NCBI GenBank assembly: GCA_905214795.1
Contig: CAJMNM010000014.1
Span: forward strand, 2,669 to 66,668
Length of the DNA stretch: 64,000 bases
Reading direction: 5' to 3'
Origin: an uncultured bacterium
GTDB taxonomy: Bacteria; Bacteroidota; Bacteroidia; Bacteroidales; Bacteroidaceae
The notes beneath the pieces are model-generated. The model saw only the letters and a program-made list of their open reading frames with translations, ran no database searches and was not told the DNA's origin. Position 1 is the stretch's first letter. Every line of letters begins with the position of its first letter. This document shows positions 1-11,308 of the stretch, one piece after another. A program made the translations under genes and the position numbers.

Positions 1-281
1 TTGGCAAAATGTGCCCGATATGCAAAATATTCAACAGGTTTGATTACTCTAATGATTTGATTGCGATTGCCAACACCGTTCTTGAATATTTTCACCTTTC
101 CGGACAATAAACACATTAATTGAGTAGGATATTCGCCTTCACTATAGATTGGTTCGTTTTTCTTGAAGGTTTGGATTGTAAGGTTTTTTGTCAGATGGGC
201 TCGTTGTTCCTCGTTAAGTGGATTCCATAAGTCTGAAATCTTTGATAAGATTTCTTCTTCGCTCATTTCCTTTTTTACCAT
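1..281 (-). CDS. Crp/Fnr family transcriptional regulator (5' part; runs off window start)
   Basis: Not in ORF track. Manual translation from ATG at 281: MVKKEMSEEEILSKISDLWNPLNEEQRAHLTKNLTIQTFKKNEPIYSEGEYPTQLMCLLSGKVKIFKNGVGNRNQIIRVIKPVEYFAYRAHFA, a cNMP-binding domain pattern (KKNEPIYSEG...LSGKVKI). TACTTTTG -7 box at 317-324 (minus). Confidence 0.85.
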   Translation of the reverse strand, partial: MVKKEMSEEEILSKISDLWNPLNEEQRAHLTKNLTIQTFKKNEPIYSEGEYPTQLMCLLSGKVKIFKNGVGNRNQIIRVIKPVEYFAYRAHFA

Positions 282-503
282 GATTTAAAACTGCTGCAAA
301 AATATGTTTTACGACACAAAAGTAGTAAAATTGTATTAACCGTGAAAATATCGAGAAATAAAAATATATTCTTCGGCAGTTTTTTATAAATTAATTAAAT
401 TATTTTATGAATTAATTTTCAGATTAGTTGTACTTTTATTAATTTTGAGAGGTATTATATGATAACTTAGAACTAATTAAAACCTTAAAATAATTCTAAA
501 ACT

Positions 504-2456
504 ATGAGTTATATTCGTTTTGACAAGACCCTGATGACGAATTTGGAAGAATCACTTCCAAAAGAGATACTTCGTTCGAATCGTTCAGGAGCTTATTCTT
601 GTTCTACAATTGTAGATTGTAATACGAGAAAGTATCATGGTTTGTTAGTTGTTCCTATACCTGAATTAAATGACGAGAATTATGTTTTACTTTCATCTTT
701 GGATGAGACTGTAGAGCAACATGGCGCTGAGTTTAATTTAGGACTTCATAAATATCAAGGGAATAACTTCAGTCCGCAGGGGCATAAATACATACGAGAG
801 TTTAATTGTGATAAGGTTCCAACTACAATATATCGTGTAGGTGGCGTTTTATTGAAAAAAGAGAAGGTCTTTCAGCATTATGAGAATCGTATAATTATAC
901 GTTATACTTTGCTGGATGCTCATTCAGAAACTACTTTGAAATTACGTCCTTTTTTGGCGTTTCGTTGTGTCCGTGAGTATACACATGAGAATTCAAGGGC
1001 AAGTCGTGATTTTCAAACGGTTTCAAATGGTATCAAAGTTTGTATGTATGAAGGATATCCCGATCTGTACATGCAGCTGAATAAGAAGAATGAATTCGTA
1101 TTTCAACCGGATTGGTACAGAGGTGTAGAATATCCTAAAGAACTAGAGCGTGGTTATGCTTTTACAGAAGATTTGTATGTGCCAGGCTATTTTGAATTCA
1201 AGATAAAGAAAGGTGAGAGTGTTGTCTTTTCTGCCGGATTGTCTGAGATTAAAACCAGCCAACTGAAGCAGGTCGCTGATTTCGAGGTTAACATACGAAC
1301 GCCACGTGATAATTTCTATCATTGTTTGGTTAATTCTGCTCATCAGTTCTATTATCATATGGATAATGAGAACTATATTTTGGCTGGATACCCATGGTTT
1401 AAGTGTCGTGCACGTGATATGTTTATCGCCTTGCCTGGTTTGACCTTAGCGAATGATGAAGTAGAACATTTTGAACAATGTTTGCAGACAGCAGAGAAGG
1501 GTATTCGTGAGTTTATGGAAAATAAGCCATTAACCGTAAAGATTCATGAAATAGAGCAACCGGATGTACTTCTGTGGGCTATTTGGTGTATACAACAATA
1601 CGCAAAGATTGTTTCTATCGACAAATGCGTTGAGAAATATGGTACTTTGTTGAAAGACATTGTATATTATATTAAAGGCAGTTCTCATCCTAATTTAAAG
1701 TTAAAAGAAAATGGCTTGTTACATTCAGAGGGAAAGACCAAGGCTGTAACATGGATGAACTCTACTGCAAACGGACGTCCTATAGTTCCGCGAAGCGGTT
1801 ATATAGTAGAGTTTAATGCTTTGTGGTATAATGCCTTGAAGTTTAGTGAGGATGTATGTCGTATGATGGGGCGTACAAATGAGGCGGATGAGTTCGCAGC
1901 TCAGGCTGAACTAACAGGAAAATCTTTTCATGATGTATTCCTCAATCAGTATGGATATCTTTTTGATTATGTTGATGAGACTAACGATGCGCCAGACTGG
2001 AGCGTTAGACCAAATATGATTTTTGCAGTCGCTTTTGATCACTCTCCCTTAAATTTGACAGAGAAAAAGAAAGTATTCGATATCTGTACCAAAGAGCTTC
2101 TTACTCCAAAAGGACTTAGATCCTTGAGCCCGAAGAGTGGAGGTTATAATCCAATGTATGTCGGCCCGCAGATACAGCGCGATTATGCTTATCATCAGGG
2201 TACTGCGTGGCCATGGTTGGGTGGATTCTATATGGAAGCCTGCCTGCGTATGTACAAATATAGTCGTATAAGTTTTATAGACCGTTTGTTGGTTGGTTTT
2301 GAAGAGGAAATGTTCTCACATTGTGTGGGTACGATACCGGAACTTTTCGACGGAAATCCTCCATTTAATGCACGTGGTGCAATATCATTTGCGATGAATG
2401 TCGGTGAGATCCTGCGTGTTGTGAAACTATTGGAGAAATATAACATAGAAAAGTAG
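504..2456 (+). CDS. Glycogen debranching enzyme (amylo-alpha-1,6-glucosidase, GDE_N + GDE_C)
   Basis: NTRKYHGLL, LAGYPWF, TWM, VEFNALWYNAL, RPN, GLRSL, YHQGTAWPW and ELFDG motifs; first gene of the Bacteroidales glycogen trio. Confidence 0.93.
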   Translation: MSYIRFDKTLMTNLEESLPKEILRSNRSGAYSCSTIVDCNTRKYHGLLVVPIPELNDENYVLLSSLDETVEQHGAEFNLGLHKYQGNNFSPQGHKYIREFNCDKVPTTIYRVGGVLLKKEKVFQHYENRIIIRYTLLDAHSETTLKLRPFLAFRCVREYTHENSRASRDFQTVSNGIKVCMYEGYPDLYMQLNKKNEFVFQPDWYRGVEYPKELERGYAFTEDLYVPGYFEFKIKKGESVVFSAGLSEIKTSQLKQVADFEVNIRTPRDNFYHCLVNSAHQFYYHMDNENYILAGYPWFKCRARDMFIALPGLTLANDEVEHFEQCLQTAEKGIREFMENKPLTVKIHEIEQPDVLLWAIWCIQQYAKIVSIDKCVEKYGTLLKDIVYYIKGSSHPNLKLKENGLLHSEGKTKAVTWMNSTANGRPIVPRSGYIVEFNALWYNALKFSEDVCRMMGRTNEADEFAAQAELTGKSFHDVFLNQYGYLFDYVDETNDAPDWSVRPNMIFAVAFDHSPLNLTEKKKVFDICTKELLTPKGLRSLSPKSGGYNPMYVGPQIQRDYAYHQGTAWPWLGGFYMEACLRMYKYSRISFIDRLLVGFEEEMFSHCVGTIPELFDGNPPFNARGAISFAMNVGEILRVVKLLEKYNIEK

Positions 2457-2468
2457 GAGGAACAATAT

Positions 2469-3752
2469 ATGAAAGTATTAATGTTTGGATGGGAATTTCC
2501 TCCTCATATTTTAGGAGGACTTGGTACTGCAAGCTACGGACTGACTAAAGGGTTGTCGCTGCAGCCTGATATGGACATTACATTCTGCATCCCGAAACCG
2601 TGGGGCGATGAGGATCAAAGTTTTATGAAGATCATTGGTATGAACAGTGTACCGATTGTTTGGCGTGATGTAGATTGGAATTATGTGAATAGCAGGGTCG
2701 GTAGCTATATGGATCCACAATTGTATTATGATTTGCGTGATCATATTTATGCCGACTTTTCATATATGTATGTCAACGATTTGGGCTGTATTGAGTTCTC
2801 AGGACGTTATCCTGATAATTTGCATGAGGAAATTAATAATTATTCTATTGTTGCAGGAGTCGTTGCCCGTCAACAGCAATTTGATATAATTCATGCGCAC
2901 GATTGGTTGACTTATCCGGCTGGTATACATGCAAAACAGGTCAGTGGTAAACCTTTGGTCATTCATGTACATGCAACAGACTTTGATCGTAGTCGTGGAA
3001 ATGTTAATCCGACGGTCTATGGTATTGAGAAAAATGGTATGGATCATGCGGATTGCATTATGTGCGTGAGTGAATTGACTCGTCAGACAGTTATTAATCA
3101 CTATCATCAGGATCCGGCTAAATGTTTTGCAATGCATAATGCAGTTTATCCTTTGGCGCCAGACTTGCAGGCTATAGTTGATCAACGTAAGCCAAGTAGT
3201 GAGCGAAAGGAAAAGGTTGTAACTTTCTTAGGACGTATTACGATGCAAAAAGGGCCTGAATATTTTATTGAGGCTGCGAAACGTGTGTTAGATCGTACAC
3301 GGAACATACGTTTCTGTTTTGCCGGAAGTGGTGATATGATGAATTCAATGATAGAGATGGCTGCGGCTTATGGTATTGCTGATCGTTGTCATTTTCCTGG
3401 ATTTATGAAAGGAAAACAAGTCTTCGAATGCTTCAGGGACAGTGATGTATATGTGATGCCTTCTGTGTCAGAACCGTTTGGTATTTCTCCATTGGAAGCT
3501 ATGCAGAGTGGAGTACCTTCTATTATTAGTAAACAGTCTGGTTGTGCAGAGATTTTAAATAAATGTATTAAGGTTGATTATTGGGATGTTGATGCAATGG
3601 CTGATGCCATGTATGCATTGTGTACCTATCCTTCTTTGCATAGCTATCTTCAGACAGAGGGAAAGAAAGAAGTTGACGGAATCACCTGGGAAAAGGTAGG
3701 AGTCCGTATTCGTAAACTATACGATGAGACTATTCAAAAGTGTAAATATTAA
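2469..3752 (+). CDS. GT4 family glycosyltransferase (glycogen synthase-like)
   Basis: MFGWEFPP..GGLG, IHAHDWLT, GRITMQKG, PSVSEPFGISPLEAM. Confidence 0.92.
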   Translation: MKVLMFGWEFPPHILGGLGTASYGLTKGLSLQPDMDITFCIPKPWGDEDQSFMKIIGMNSVPIVWRDVDWNYVNSRVGSYMDPQLYYDLRDHIYADFSYMYVNDLGCIEFSGRYPDNLHEEINNYSIVAGVVARQQQFDIIHAHDWLTYPAGIHAKQVSGKPLVIHVHATDFDRSRGNVNPTVYGIEKNGMDHADCIMCVSELTRQTVINHYHQDPAKCFAMHNAVYPLAPDLQAIVDQRKPSSERKEKVVTFLGRITMQKGPEYFIEAAKRVLDRTRNIRFCFAGSGDMMNSMIEMAAAYGIADRCHFPGFMKGKQVFECFRDSDVYVMPSVSEPFGISPLEAMQSGVPSIISKQSGCAEILNKCIKVDYWDVDAMADAMYALCTYPSLHSYLQTEGKKEVDGITWEKVGVRIRKLYDETIQKCKY

Positions 3753-3766
3753 AAAGTAGAATAAAT

Positions 3767-5128
3767 ATGAAAACGATTTGTCTGTATTTTGAAATTCATC
3801 AAAATATTCATCTGAAGCGCTATCGTTTCTTCGACATTGGTACGGATCATTATTATTACGATGATTACGAAAACGAGCGTAGTATTACAGAAACGGCCGA
3901 ACATTCATATATTCCTTCATTGCAGGCTCTTATTCAGATGGCAAAAGAGAATCCTGGATTTTTCAAGGTTGCTATTTCAATGTCAGGTTGTGCTGTAGAA
4001 CAATTAGAGAATCATGCGCCAAACGTGATAGAGCTTTTACAGGAGTTGAATGAGACAGGATGTGTGGAATTTTTGGCTGAACCTTATTCACATGGACTTT
4101 CATCTCTTGCCAATGAAGAGTCTTTCAAGGAAGAGACTATGCGGATGTCACGAAAGATTAAGGAGCTGTTTGGACAAACCCCGAAAGTATTCAGAAATTC
4201 ATCACTGATTTATTCTGACGATATAGGTGGTGTTGTGGCTTCAATGGGTTTTAAAGGTATTCTTACAGAAGGTGCAAAGCATATATTAGGTTGGAAGAGT
4301 CCGCATTTTGTTTATCATTGTGTTCAGAATCCTGATTTAAAACTTCTGTTGCGTGATTATAAGTTATCTGATGATATTTCTTTAAGATTCAATAATTCTT
4401 CATGGAGTGAGTATCCGTTATTTGCAGATACTTATATGAATTGGATAGCTTCTATGCCCGAAGAGGAACAGGTTATTAATATCTTTATGGAGTTGTGTGC
4501 TTTGGGTATGTTTCAGCCTTTGTCTTCAAATATTCTTGAATTCCTGAAGGCGTTGCCGGCATGTGCCCGCGAACGTGGTATTACTTTCTCTACTCCTTCA
4601 GAGGTTATCGACAATTATAAATCTGTTGATGCTCTCGAGGTGCCTTATCCGTTGTCATGGGTTGACGAGGAACGTGATATCAGTTGTTGGTTAGGTAATG
4701 GCATGCAGCGTGAAGCCTTTAATAAACTTTATAGCGTGGCCGACCGTGTTCGTATTTGTAATGATCGTCGCCTTAAGCAAGATTGGGATTATTTACAGGC
4801 TAGCAACAACTTCCGTTTCATGACAACCAAATCAAGTAGTTGGAATATGTATCGTGGTATATATGATTCGCCATATGATGCCTTTACCAATTATATGAAT
4901 ATTTTGGGTGATTTTATTAATCGTGTAAACGATATGTATCCGAGTGATATTGAAAATGAAGAATTGAATGCTTTGTTGACAACAATCAAGAATCAAGGGG
5001 AGGAACTTGAGATTAAGGATAAGGAAATAGAGCGTTTGAATGCACGTATTAAAAAGTTTGTTGCTGAGAGTGATGAAAAGACACCGGCTAAGAAAACATC
5101 AACTCGAAAAACAGCAACAAAGAAATAA
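3767..5128 (+). CDS. GH57 family alpha-amylase-like glycoside hydrolase
   Basis: YFEIHQ, EPYSH, FRNSSL, LSDDISLRF, SWVDEERDISCWLGN; glycogen cluster context. Confidence 0.9.
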   Translation: MKTICLYFEIHQNIHLKRYRFFDIGTDHYYYDDYENERSITETAEHSYIPSLQALIQMAKENPGFFKVAISMSGCAVEQLENHAPNVIELLQELNETGCVEFLAEPYSHGLSSLANEESFKEETMRMSRKIKELFGQTPKVFRNSSLIYSDDIGGVVASMGFKGILTEGAKHILGWKSPHFVYHCVQNPDLKLLLRDYKLSDDISLRFNNSSWSEYPLFADTYMNWIASMPEEEQVINIFMELCALGMFQPLSSNILEFLKALPACARERGITFSTPSEVIDNYKSVDALEVPYPLSWVDEERDISCWLGNGMQREAFNKLYSVADRVRICNDRRLKQDWDYLQASNNFRFMTTKSSSWNMYRGIYDSPYDAFTNYMNILGDFINRVNDMYPSDIENEELNALLTTIKNQGEELEIKDKEIERLNARIKKFVAESDEKTPAKKTSTRKTATKK

Positions 5129-5234
5129 GGATAAATAATATTGTCAAAAGTAAGAAATGGAGGATATGTATGTTTTATGCATATCTTCCATTTGTTTTTA
5201 TTTCTTGCTCTGATATGGTATAAATGACAATTAG

Positions 5235-5274
5235 AAAACGCCATTTCCAATATGGATATGGAAATGGCGTTTTT
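5235..5274. terminator. Bidirectional intrinsic terminator between GH57 and DUF4270 genes
   Basis: AAAACGCCATTTCCA / TGGAAATGGCGTTTT perfect stem with A and T tails, between convergent genes. Confidence 0.8.
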
Positions 5275-5300
5275 GTTTGGCTTGTAATAAAAGAAGCCTG

Positions 5301-6692
5301 TTATTTTTTGAAAGAACTATAAATTACCTGAATCTTAATTGGGGTATTTTCTCCACCATAAAGACGTGTGCTGCTTAAACTCATATCATTTGTAATACGA
5401 GTCACATTGTTATTGTCGTCAGTAGTTACTTCTACCGGCACTAAAATGACTTTGTTCCAATCGGGGTTCTGTGCAGCCCATGCTTCAGGAGAAATATTTG
5501 CTGCTGCAGCTTTTTCGTTCTGCTCTTTACGGCAATAGGCAATCAGATTTCCAATATTTGAGAATGTGTAGGTATTATATGACGTGTTGAGTGAAGTGAC
5601 ATATGATGTTTTATCATCTGAAATCTTCTTTTCTTCGAAGAAAGAATATAAATCATTTTTTCTTACCATGAGAAGATTCTGCGGAACGCCCATGTTCGAT
5701 TCCGGATATTGTGCGTTATATCTGTACAATACTACCTGGGCCTGGCTGATGCTGTCCTCTGTATGACCTTTATATATATCGTCTATTGGAAGGGACATTT
5801 CTGTAAAGATGCCGGCAGGTGTCTTTATATACGTCCAATCTTTTTCGTCAGCCAACGGTTGAAGGTCATCATTGCTGAATGAAGAGTATTGTAATACTTC
5901 TGGTGTTGCGGGGAATCCGGTATAACCGATTGTATCTTTTTTAAGTTCTTCATCCCAATACTTAAAATAAACATTCAGTTGTGTGATGGTACAGTTCAAC
6001 ATCAACTCGTTGCCATCGCTGTATGTGAAGTAGAATCCCGGACATACATGACGGATGAAGTTGTAAGGATTCTTAAAGAACTCCTTATGCTCAAAATACT
6101 TTTGCATAATATCAGTACCATATGATTTGGGCAGACTGAAACGTATTGTTTGGTAGGAGTCTTCAGAATCAGACATATCCTTTGCGGCAATGACACGTGA
6201 TGCAATTGCTTCCGGACGTTTTGAATTGATGAACTGAGACAAATCCATATTGCTGTAATAAGTAGTATCTTCTCGTATGGCGTTGGTTGTGTCCAACTCA
6301 TAAGCTTCAATTTTCATCGGATTATTGAGATCGCCGTAGAAATCTGAGAATACCACTTCTATTTCAGCAGAATCGGCTATAACTTTACCTTCTTCATTCT
6401 TGTGTAACAATTCATAGTCTGGAAAGATAAAATCATCCAATGTGATGAACTGCGTAAGAAAGTCAGCCTTGACTTGGGTGCGTGTTTCAGGATCTGTTAG
6501 GCAGCCTACATAGCATGAGCTGCTTTTGCTCAGCACAGAATCTGCTACTATAGAACGTGTGTAGGCGTCGAATACAGTATATGAAGCTTCTATATTGTCG
6601 GAGTCTGTATAAATACCAATATTGTCGGTGGTGTCATCGCATCCAGCAATAGTCAGAGCGAGTACAACGCCTCCGATAAGTTTCATTTTCAT
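5301..6692 (-). CDS. DUF4270-family lipoprotein
   Basis: Lipobox IAGC-DD; TYIKTPAGIFTEMSLP and PDWNKVILVPV motifs; usual position downstream of Bacteroidales glgA. Confidence 0.8.
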   Translation of the reverse strand: MKMKLIGGVVLALTIAGCDDTTDNIGIYTDSDNIEASYTVFDAYTRSIVADSVLSKSSSCYVGCLTDPETRTQVKADFLTQFITLDDFIFPDYELLHKNEEGKVIADSAEIEVVFSDFYGDLNNPMKIEAYELDTTNAIREDTTYYSNMDLSQFINSKRPEAIASRVIAAKDMSDSEDSYQTIRFSLPKSYGTDIMQKYFEHKEFFKNPYNFIRHVCPGFYFTYSDGNELMLNCTITQLNVYFKYWDEELKKDTIGYTGFPATPEVLQYSSFSNDDLQPLADEKDWTYIKTPAGIFTEMSLPIDDIYKGHTEDSISQAQVVLYRYNAQYPESNMGVPQNLLMVRKNDLYSFFEEKKISDDKTSYVTSLNTSYNTYTFSNIGNLIAYCRKEQNEKAAAANISPEAWAAQNPDWNKVILVPVEVTTDDNNNVTRITNDMSLSSTRLYGGENTPIKIQVIYSSFKK

Positions 6693-6711
6693 TTTAAGTT
6701 CAGGTTTAGAG

Positions 6712-7542
6712 TTATTCTTCTTCTTCCTTGCCTACGCTCCATATTTTATCAAAGAAATCAATATAAGCGTCAGCATTAATTTCTCCAGGAGCATTCAGTA
6801 CAGGAACTTGTCTTTCCTGGGCAAATTTTTCTATATTTGGATTGGCATCCGGACTGGCAACAACAAGACCGTCTGAATATTCTACAGCCAGTTTGTTGAG
6901 TTCTTCAAAGGTGAACGTTTCGCTGTAATCTTTCAGAATACTGCTGTTAACATCTTTGTATTCAATACATCTTCCGAAATTAGTACCGATAGGTTCTTTC
7001 AGTTCTTCACCGAATAATGAATAAATAACCTTGCTGTCTCTGAATGAGGGTTCGGCGCTATATGCTGTTTTGATATATAATGGTACTACAGCAGACATCC
7101 ACCCTTGGCAAAGTATGACATCCGGTGTCCAGCGAAGTTTCTTTACGGTTTCAAGAACGCCTCTTGCATAGAAAATGGCACGTTCGCCGTTGTCTTCATA
7201 TTCTTTACCATTCTCGTCTTTGCCCATCATGCGCTTGGTGAAATAATCATCATTATCAATAAAATACACTTGCATATGGGCTGCTTGTATGGAAGCCACT
7301 TTGATAATTAGCGGATGATCGGTATCATCGATAATTAAGTTCATGCCTGAAAGTCGGATGACTTCATGAAGCTGATTGCGTCTTTCATTAATATGACCCC
7401 ATTTGGGCATAAAGGTTCTGATTTCACGTCCTTTCTCCTGAATGACCTGAGGCAGTTTTCTGCCGGCGAGTGCAAGTTCTGAATCGTTGACGTACGGGGT
7501 CATTTCTTGAGTAATGAATAAAATTTTCTTTGCCTTCATCAT
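6712..7542 (-). CDS. glgA: Glycogen/starch synthase catalytic-domain protein (short Bacteroidales type)
   Basis: RTFMPKWGHINERRNQLHEVIRLSGMN, VYFIDNDDYF, DNGERAIF. Start moved to MMKAKK (7542); TATCTTTG box at 7562-7569 (minus). Confidence 0.85.
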   Translation of the reverse strand: MMKAKKILFITQEMTPYVNDSELALAGRKLPQVIQEKGREIRTFMPKWGHINERRNQLHEVIRLSGMNLIIDDTDHPLIIKVASIQAAHMQVYFIDNDDYFTKRMMGKDENGKEYEDNGERAIFYARGVLETVKKLRWTPDVILCQGWMSAVVPLYIKTAYSAEPSFRDSKVIYSLFGEELKEPIGTNFGRCIEYKDVNSSILKDYSETFTFEELNKLAVEYSDGLVVASPDANPNIEKFAQERQVPVLNAPGEINADAYIDFFDKIWSVGKEEEE

Positions 7543-7719
7543 TAAATAGGTTTTGCCTAGGCAAAGATACAAAAAAAACTCGAATAATTGTAATTTCAAC
7601 CATTTAGAACCGCTCTTTTACATTAATTTCACTTATTTTCTGCTTATTGTTTTGCCATGTGGTATTTTATGTGTTATTTTGCAGAGTTTTTTAGGAATTA
7701 GGATCTAAATTAACTGTAA

Positions 7720-8571
7720 ATGGAATTAATTCAGACAATTGAAGTGCTGCAGGAACGTTTGTCTGCAGTTCGGAAAGAGGGAAAAAAGGTTGGCCTTGTG
7801 CCTACTATGGGGGCTTTACATCAGGGTCATGCTTCCCTTGTTGAACGTAGCGTGGCAGAGAATGACGTGACAGTCGTCAGTGTATTCCTCAATCCCACAC
7901 AGTTTAATGATAAAACCGATTTGGAGAAATATCCGCGTACGCTTGAAGCTGATTGTGCGTTGCTTGATAAACTTGGAACGACATTTGTTTTTGCTCCTTC
8001 GGTTGACGAAATGTATCCCGAACCTGATACCCGCAAATTCAGTTACGCACCGATTGATACGGTGATGGAAGGCGCCTTTCGTCCGGGACATTTTAATGGT
8101 GTTTGTCAAATAGTAAGCAAGCTTTTTTCTATTGTAGAACCAGATAAGGCTTATTTCGGAGAAAAAGATTTTCAGCAGATTGCGGTTATTCGTGCAATGG
8201 TAAAAGATCTTAAGTTCAAGGTCGAGATCGTACCGTGTCCGGTTGTTCGCGAAGAAAGCGGATTGGCGATGAGCAGTCGCAATACCTTGCTTACAGATGA
8301 AGAGCGTAAGATTGCTGCCAATATATCAAAAATCCTGTTTAAAAGTAAGAACTTTGCGGCAAACCATACATTGGAAGAAACGAAGAAATATGTGGTTGAC
8401 AGCATAAATGCCATAGTCGGTCTTGAAGTTCAATATTACGAGATTGCAGACGGTATAACATTACAGACATTGAAGAAATGGAGTGATTCTGATTATATAG
8501 TAGGTTGCATTACCGTATTTTGCGGCAGCCAGCCTATTCGTCTGATAGATCATATTAAATATAAAGGATAA
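7720..8571 (+). CDS. panC: Pantoate--beta-alanine ligase
   Basis: [44 protein letters not shown]. Confidence 0.97.
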   Translation: MELIQTIEVLQERLSAVRKEGKKVGLVPTMGALHQGHASLVERSVAENDVTVVSVFLNPTQFNDKTDLEKYPRTLEADCALLDKLGTTFVFAPSVDEMYPEPDTRKFSYAPIDTVMEGAFRPGHFNGVCQIVSKLFSIVEPDKAYFGEKDFQQIAVIRAMVKDLKFKVEIVPCPVVREESGLAMSSRNTLLTDEERKIAANISKILFKSKNFAANHTLEETKKYVVDSINAIVGLEVQYYEIADGITLQTLKKWSDSDYIVGCITVFCGSQPIRLIDHIKYKG

Positions 8572-8591
8572 ATAAAAAGGAAATAAGCGTT

Positions 8592-8945
8592 ATGATGATT
8601 CAAGTGTTGAAATCAAAGTTGCATTGTGTACGTGTAACTGAGGCAAACCTCAATTACATGGGCAGTATCACCATTGATGAAGACCTTATGGACGCCGCAA
8701 ATATGATTGCAGGTGAGAAAGTGCAGATCGTGAATAACAACAACGGCGAGCGTTTTGAAACTTATATTATAAAAGGCGAGCGTGGCTCTGGTTGCATTTG
8801 TCTGAATGGAGCTGCGGCACGAAGAGTGCAGGTAGGAGACATTTGCATCATCATATCTTATGCGATGATGGATTTCGAAGAAGCAAAAACTTTTAAACCC
8901 ACGGTTGTTTTCCCTGACCCGGAAACGAATCATCTGGTCAAGTAA
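8592..8945 (+). CDS. panD: Aspartate 1-decarboxylase
   Basis: [13 protein letters not shown] self-cleavage site, [15 protein letters not shown]. Confidence 0.97.
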   Translation: MMIQVLKSKLHCVRVTEANLNYMGSITIDEDLMDAANMIAGEKVQIVNNNNGERFETYIIKGERGSGCICLNGAAARRVQVGDICIIISYAMMDFEEAKTFKPTVVFPDPETNHLVK

Positions 8946-8968
8946 GGTTTCGCTATAAATTATAATTA

Positions 8969-9092
8969 TACAGCTCTGTACTTTTCATTTAGAAAGTGCA
9001 GAGCTGTAAATCTTTAGTATTATCTCATATGTTTCTTTTGAAACGGAATTGGAATAATAAAGGCGCGCTTCATGATGAAGTACGCCTTTATT
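8969..9092. terminator. Two stem-loops between convergent panD and biotin-carrier genes
   Basis: TACAGCTCTGTACTTT/AAAGTGCAGAGCTGTA (8969-9008) and AATAAAGGCG..CGCCTTTATT (9056-9092). Confidence 0.7.
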
Positions 9093-9111
9093 TGAATGGA
9101 ATATAATGTTT

Positions 9112-9513
9112 TTATTCAAAAATCACCAGATCAGTTCCCTCCATAACCGATTCGCCAGGAGTGACACATATCTTTCCTATTTTTCCTGCACGGTCTGATG
9201 TGATGTTGTTTTCCATTTTCATGGCATCGAGAATGACCACTGTGTCACCACGTTTGATTTCATCACCAACCTTAACCGTTACATCCAAAATGACACCTGG
9301 GAGAGGGGCTTTTACACTATATTTTTTATGAGTTACTGTTGCGGGTACACCTGCAGGTTTTACAACGACCGGGCGCAAATCCGGTTTCTTTTCTTCCGGC
9401 ATTTTCACCGTATATGTTTCGCCGTTGACAACCACAGTGGCAATATTATTTTTAATACCTTCAACTGTTACGGCATAGTCGTGTCCGTTAATGTTATATT
9501 TGAATTCTTTCAT
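9112..9513 (-). CDS. Biotin carboxyl carrier protein (MmdC-like)
   Basis: VKAPLPG and DAMKM biotinylation motif; position in mce-mmdA operon. Confidence 0.9.
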   Translation of the reverse strand: MKEFKYNINGHDYAVTVEGIKNNIATVVVNGETYTVKMPEEKKPDLRPVVVKPAGVPATVTHKKYSVKAPLPGVILDVTVKVGDEIKRGDTVVILDAMKMENNITSDRAGKIGKICVTPGESVMEGTDLVIFE

Positions 9514-9522
9514 GTCAGACTT

Positions 9523-9699
9523 TTAAAATTTAACTTCCGGTATTTGGCGTTGGGTGCGGAGTTTTGAGTTCCACTCCGTTGATTCGCTGTCCAATGTCAG
9601 TTTTCCGCTTTCCATAACGTGAGACGTATAGCCCTCGTATTCATATAAGGCAAGTGAGATTGCGGCAGTGATTTCGCCGTTGATTGTTTTTTCTTCCAT
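9523..9699 (-). CDS. Small MmdD/OadG-tail-like subunit, 58 aa, no membrane anchor
   Basis: Not in ORF track. MEEKTINGEITAAISLALYEYEGYTSHVMESGKLTLDSESTEWNSKLRTQRQIPEVKF*. Fills the gap between the carboxyltransferase and biotin carrier; AAIxLAL...W.SK pattern resembles C-terminal tails of delta subunits. Confidence 0.75.
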   Translation of the reverse strand: MEEKTINGEITAAISLALYEYEGYTSHVMESGKLTLDSESTEWNSKLRTQRQIPEVKF

Positions 9700-9711
9700 T
9701 TTATTTTTTTA

Positions 9712-11265
9712 TTATAATGGGATATTGCCATGTTTCTTTGCGGGATTTGACAAGTTCTTGGTATGAAGCTGTGTCAGTGCGCGGATAACTCTGAAACGTG
9801 TGTTGCGTGGTTCAATCACGTCATCTATATAGCCATATTTGGCTGCCTGATAGGGATTGGTGAAGAGTTTGTTATATTCAGCCTCTTTTTCAGCAAGGAA
9901 TGCTTTCGGATCTTCTGCTGTTTTGGCATCCTTGGCGTAAAGTACGGCAACAGCACCTTCTGCGCCCATTACTGCAATTTCTGCAGACGGCCATGCATAG
10001 TTCAAGTCACCACGAAGTTGTTTACAACTCATCACAATATGAGAGCCGCCATAGCTTTTACGTAGGGTTACTGTTACTTTGGGTACAGTAGCTTCTCCGT
10101 ATGCATACAGTAATTTTGCGCCGTGAAGAATCACCGCATTGTATTCCTGGCCGGTACCTGGTAGGAAGCCCGGAACGTCTACTAATGTAACGATAGGGAT
10201 GTTGAACGCATCGCAGAAACGGACAAAACGTGCCCCCTTGCGGCTGGCGTTACAGTCTAATACGCCGGCATAACAGTTTGGTTGGTTGGCTACGATACCT
10301 ACACTTTGGCCGTTGAAGCGGGCAAAGCCGATAATGATATTTTTTGCGTAATCCTTTTGTATTTCAAAGAACTCGCCATTGTCTACAATTGCACCGATGA
10401 CTTCATACATGTCGTATGCCTTGTTCGGATTGTCAGGGATGATTTCGTTCAGACGGTCTTCCATACGGTCGATAGGGTCTGTGCAAACTTTGCGTGGCGC
10501 CTCTTCCATATTGTTCTGTGGAATGTAGCTTAATAATGTACGGATAAGCGCGAGTCCTTCTTCTTCTGTTTCTGCCGTAAAATGTGTGACACCGGATTTT
10601 GTGGAATGTACACTGGCACCGCCAAGATCCTCCTGCGATACGTCTTCTCCTGTTACGGTTTTTACAACTTTAGGACCGGTGAGGAACATATAAGATGTAC
10701 CTTCCATCATCAGTGTAAAGTCTGTAAGAGCGGGAGAATAAACCGCACCTCCGGCACAGGGACCGAAAATTCCGGAAATCTGTGGTATCACGCCCGAAGC
10801 CATGATGTTACGCTGGAAAATTTCCGCAAATCCGCCCAAGGCATTGATACCTTCTTGAATACGTGCGCCACCCGAGTCGTTGATTCCGATACAGGGAGCA
10901 CCCATTTTCATGGCTTGATCCATCACCTTGCAGATTTTCTCAGCCATTGTTTCAGACAGAGAACCGCCGTTTACGGTAAAGTCTTGTGCGAATACGTATA
11001 CCAGACGGCCGTCAATTGTACCACTTCCGGTTACGACACCGTCGCCAAGATACTGTTTCTTTTCCATACCGAAATTGGTGCAGCGATGGAGTTTGAACAT
11101 ATCCATTTCTTCAAAACTACCCTTGTCCAGCAACATGTCTATACGTTCACGTGCTGTGTATTTACCTTTCTCGTGCTGTTTGGCGATTGCTTTTTCACCG
11201 CCACCCATACGGGCTTTGGCGCGCAATTCTACCAGTTCTTTGATTTTTTCAGTTTGTACACTCAT
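9712..11265 (-). CDS. mmdA: Acyl-CoA carboxyltransferase subunit (methylmalonyl-CoA decarboxylase alpha / PccB-like)
   Basis: [51 protein letters not shown]. Confidence 0.92.
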   Translation of the reverse strand: MSVQTEKIKELVELRAKARMGGGEKAIAKQHEKGKYTARERIDMLLDKGSFEEMDMFKLHRCTNFGMEKKQYLGDGVVTGSGTIDGRLVYVFAQDFTVNGGSLSETMAEKICKVMDQAMKMGAPCIGINDSGGARIQEGINALGGFAEIFQRNIMASGVIPQISGIFGPCAGGAVYSPALTDFTLMMEGTSYMFLTGPKVVKTVTGEDVSQEDLGGASVHSTKSGVTHFTAETEEEGLALIRTLLSYIPQNNMEEAPRKVCTDPIDRMEDRLNEIIPDNPNKAYDMYEVIGAIVDNGEFFEIQKDYAKNIIIGFARFNGQSVGIVANQPNCYAGVLDCNASRKGARFVRFCDAFNIPIVTLVDVPGFLPGTGQEYNAVILHGAKLLYAYGEATVPKVTVTLRKSYGGSHIVMSCKQLRGDLNYAWPSAEIAVMGAEGAVAVLYAKDAKTAEDPKAFLAEKEAEYNKLFTNPYQAAKYGYIDDVIEPRNTRFRVIRALTQLHTKNLSNPAKKHGNIPL

Positions 11266-11308
11266 GTGTTAATAAATTCTATGGTGATAATATCTATATA
11301 GAAACATC

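Noticed and set aside
6712..7542. Truncated glgA pseudogene
   Set aside because: The ~275-aa single-domain form is, to my knowledge, normal in Bacteroidales; the frame is intact and coupled to the DUF4270 gene.
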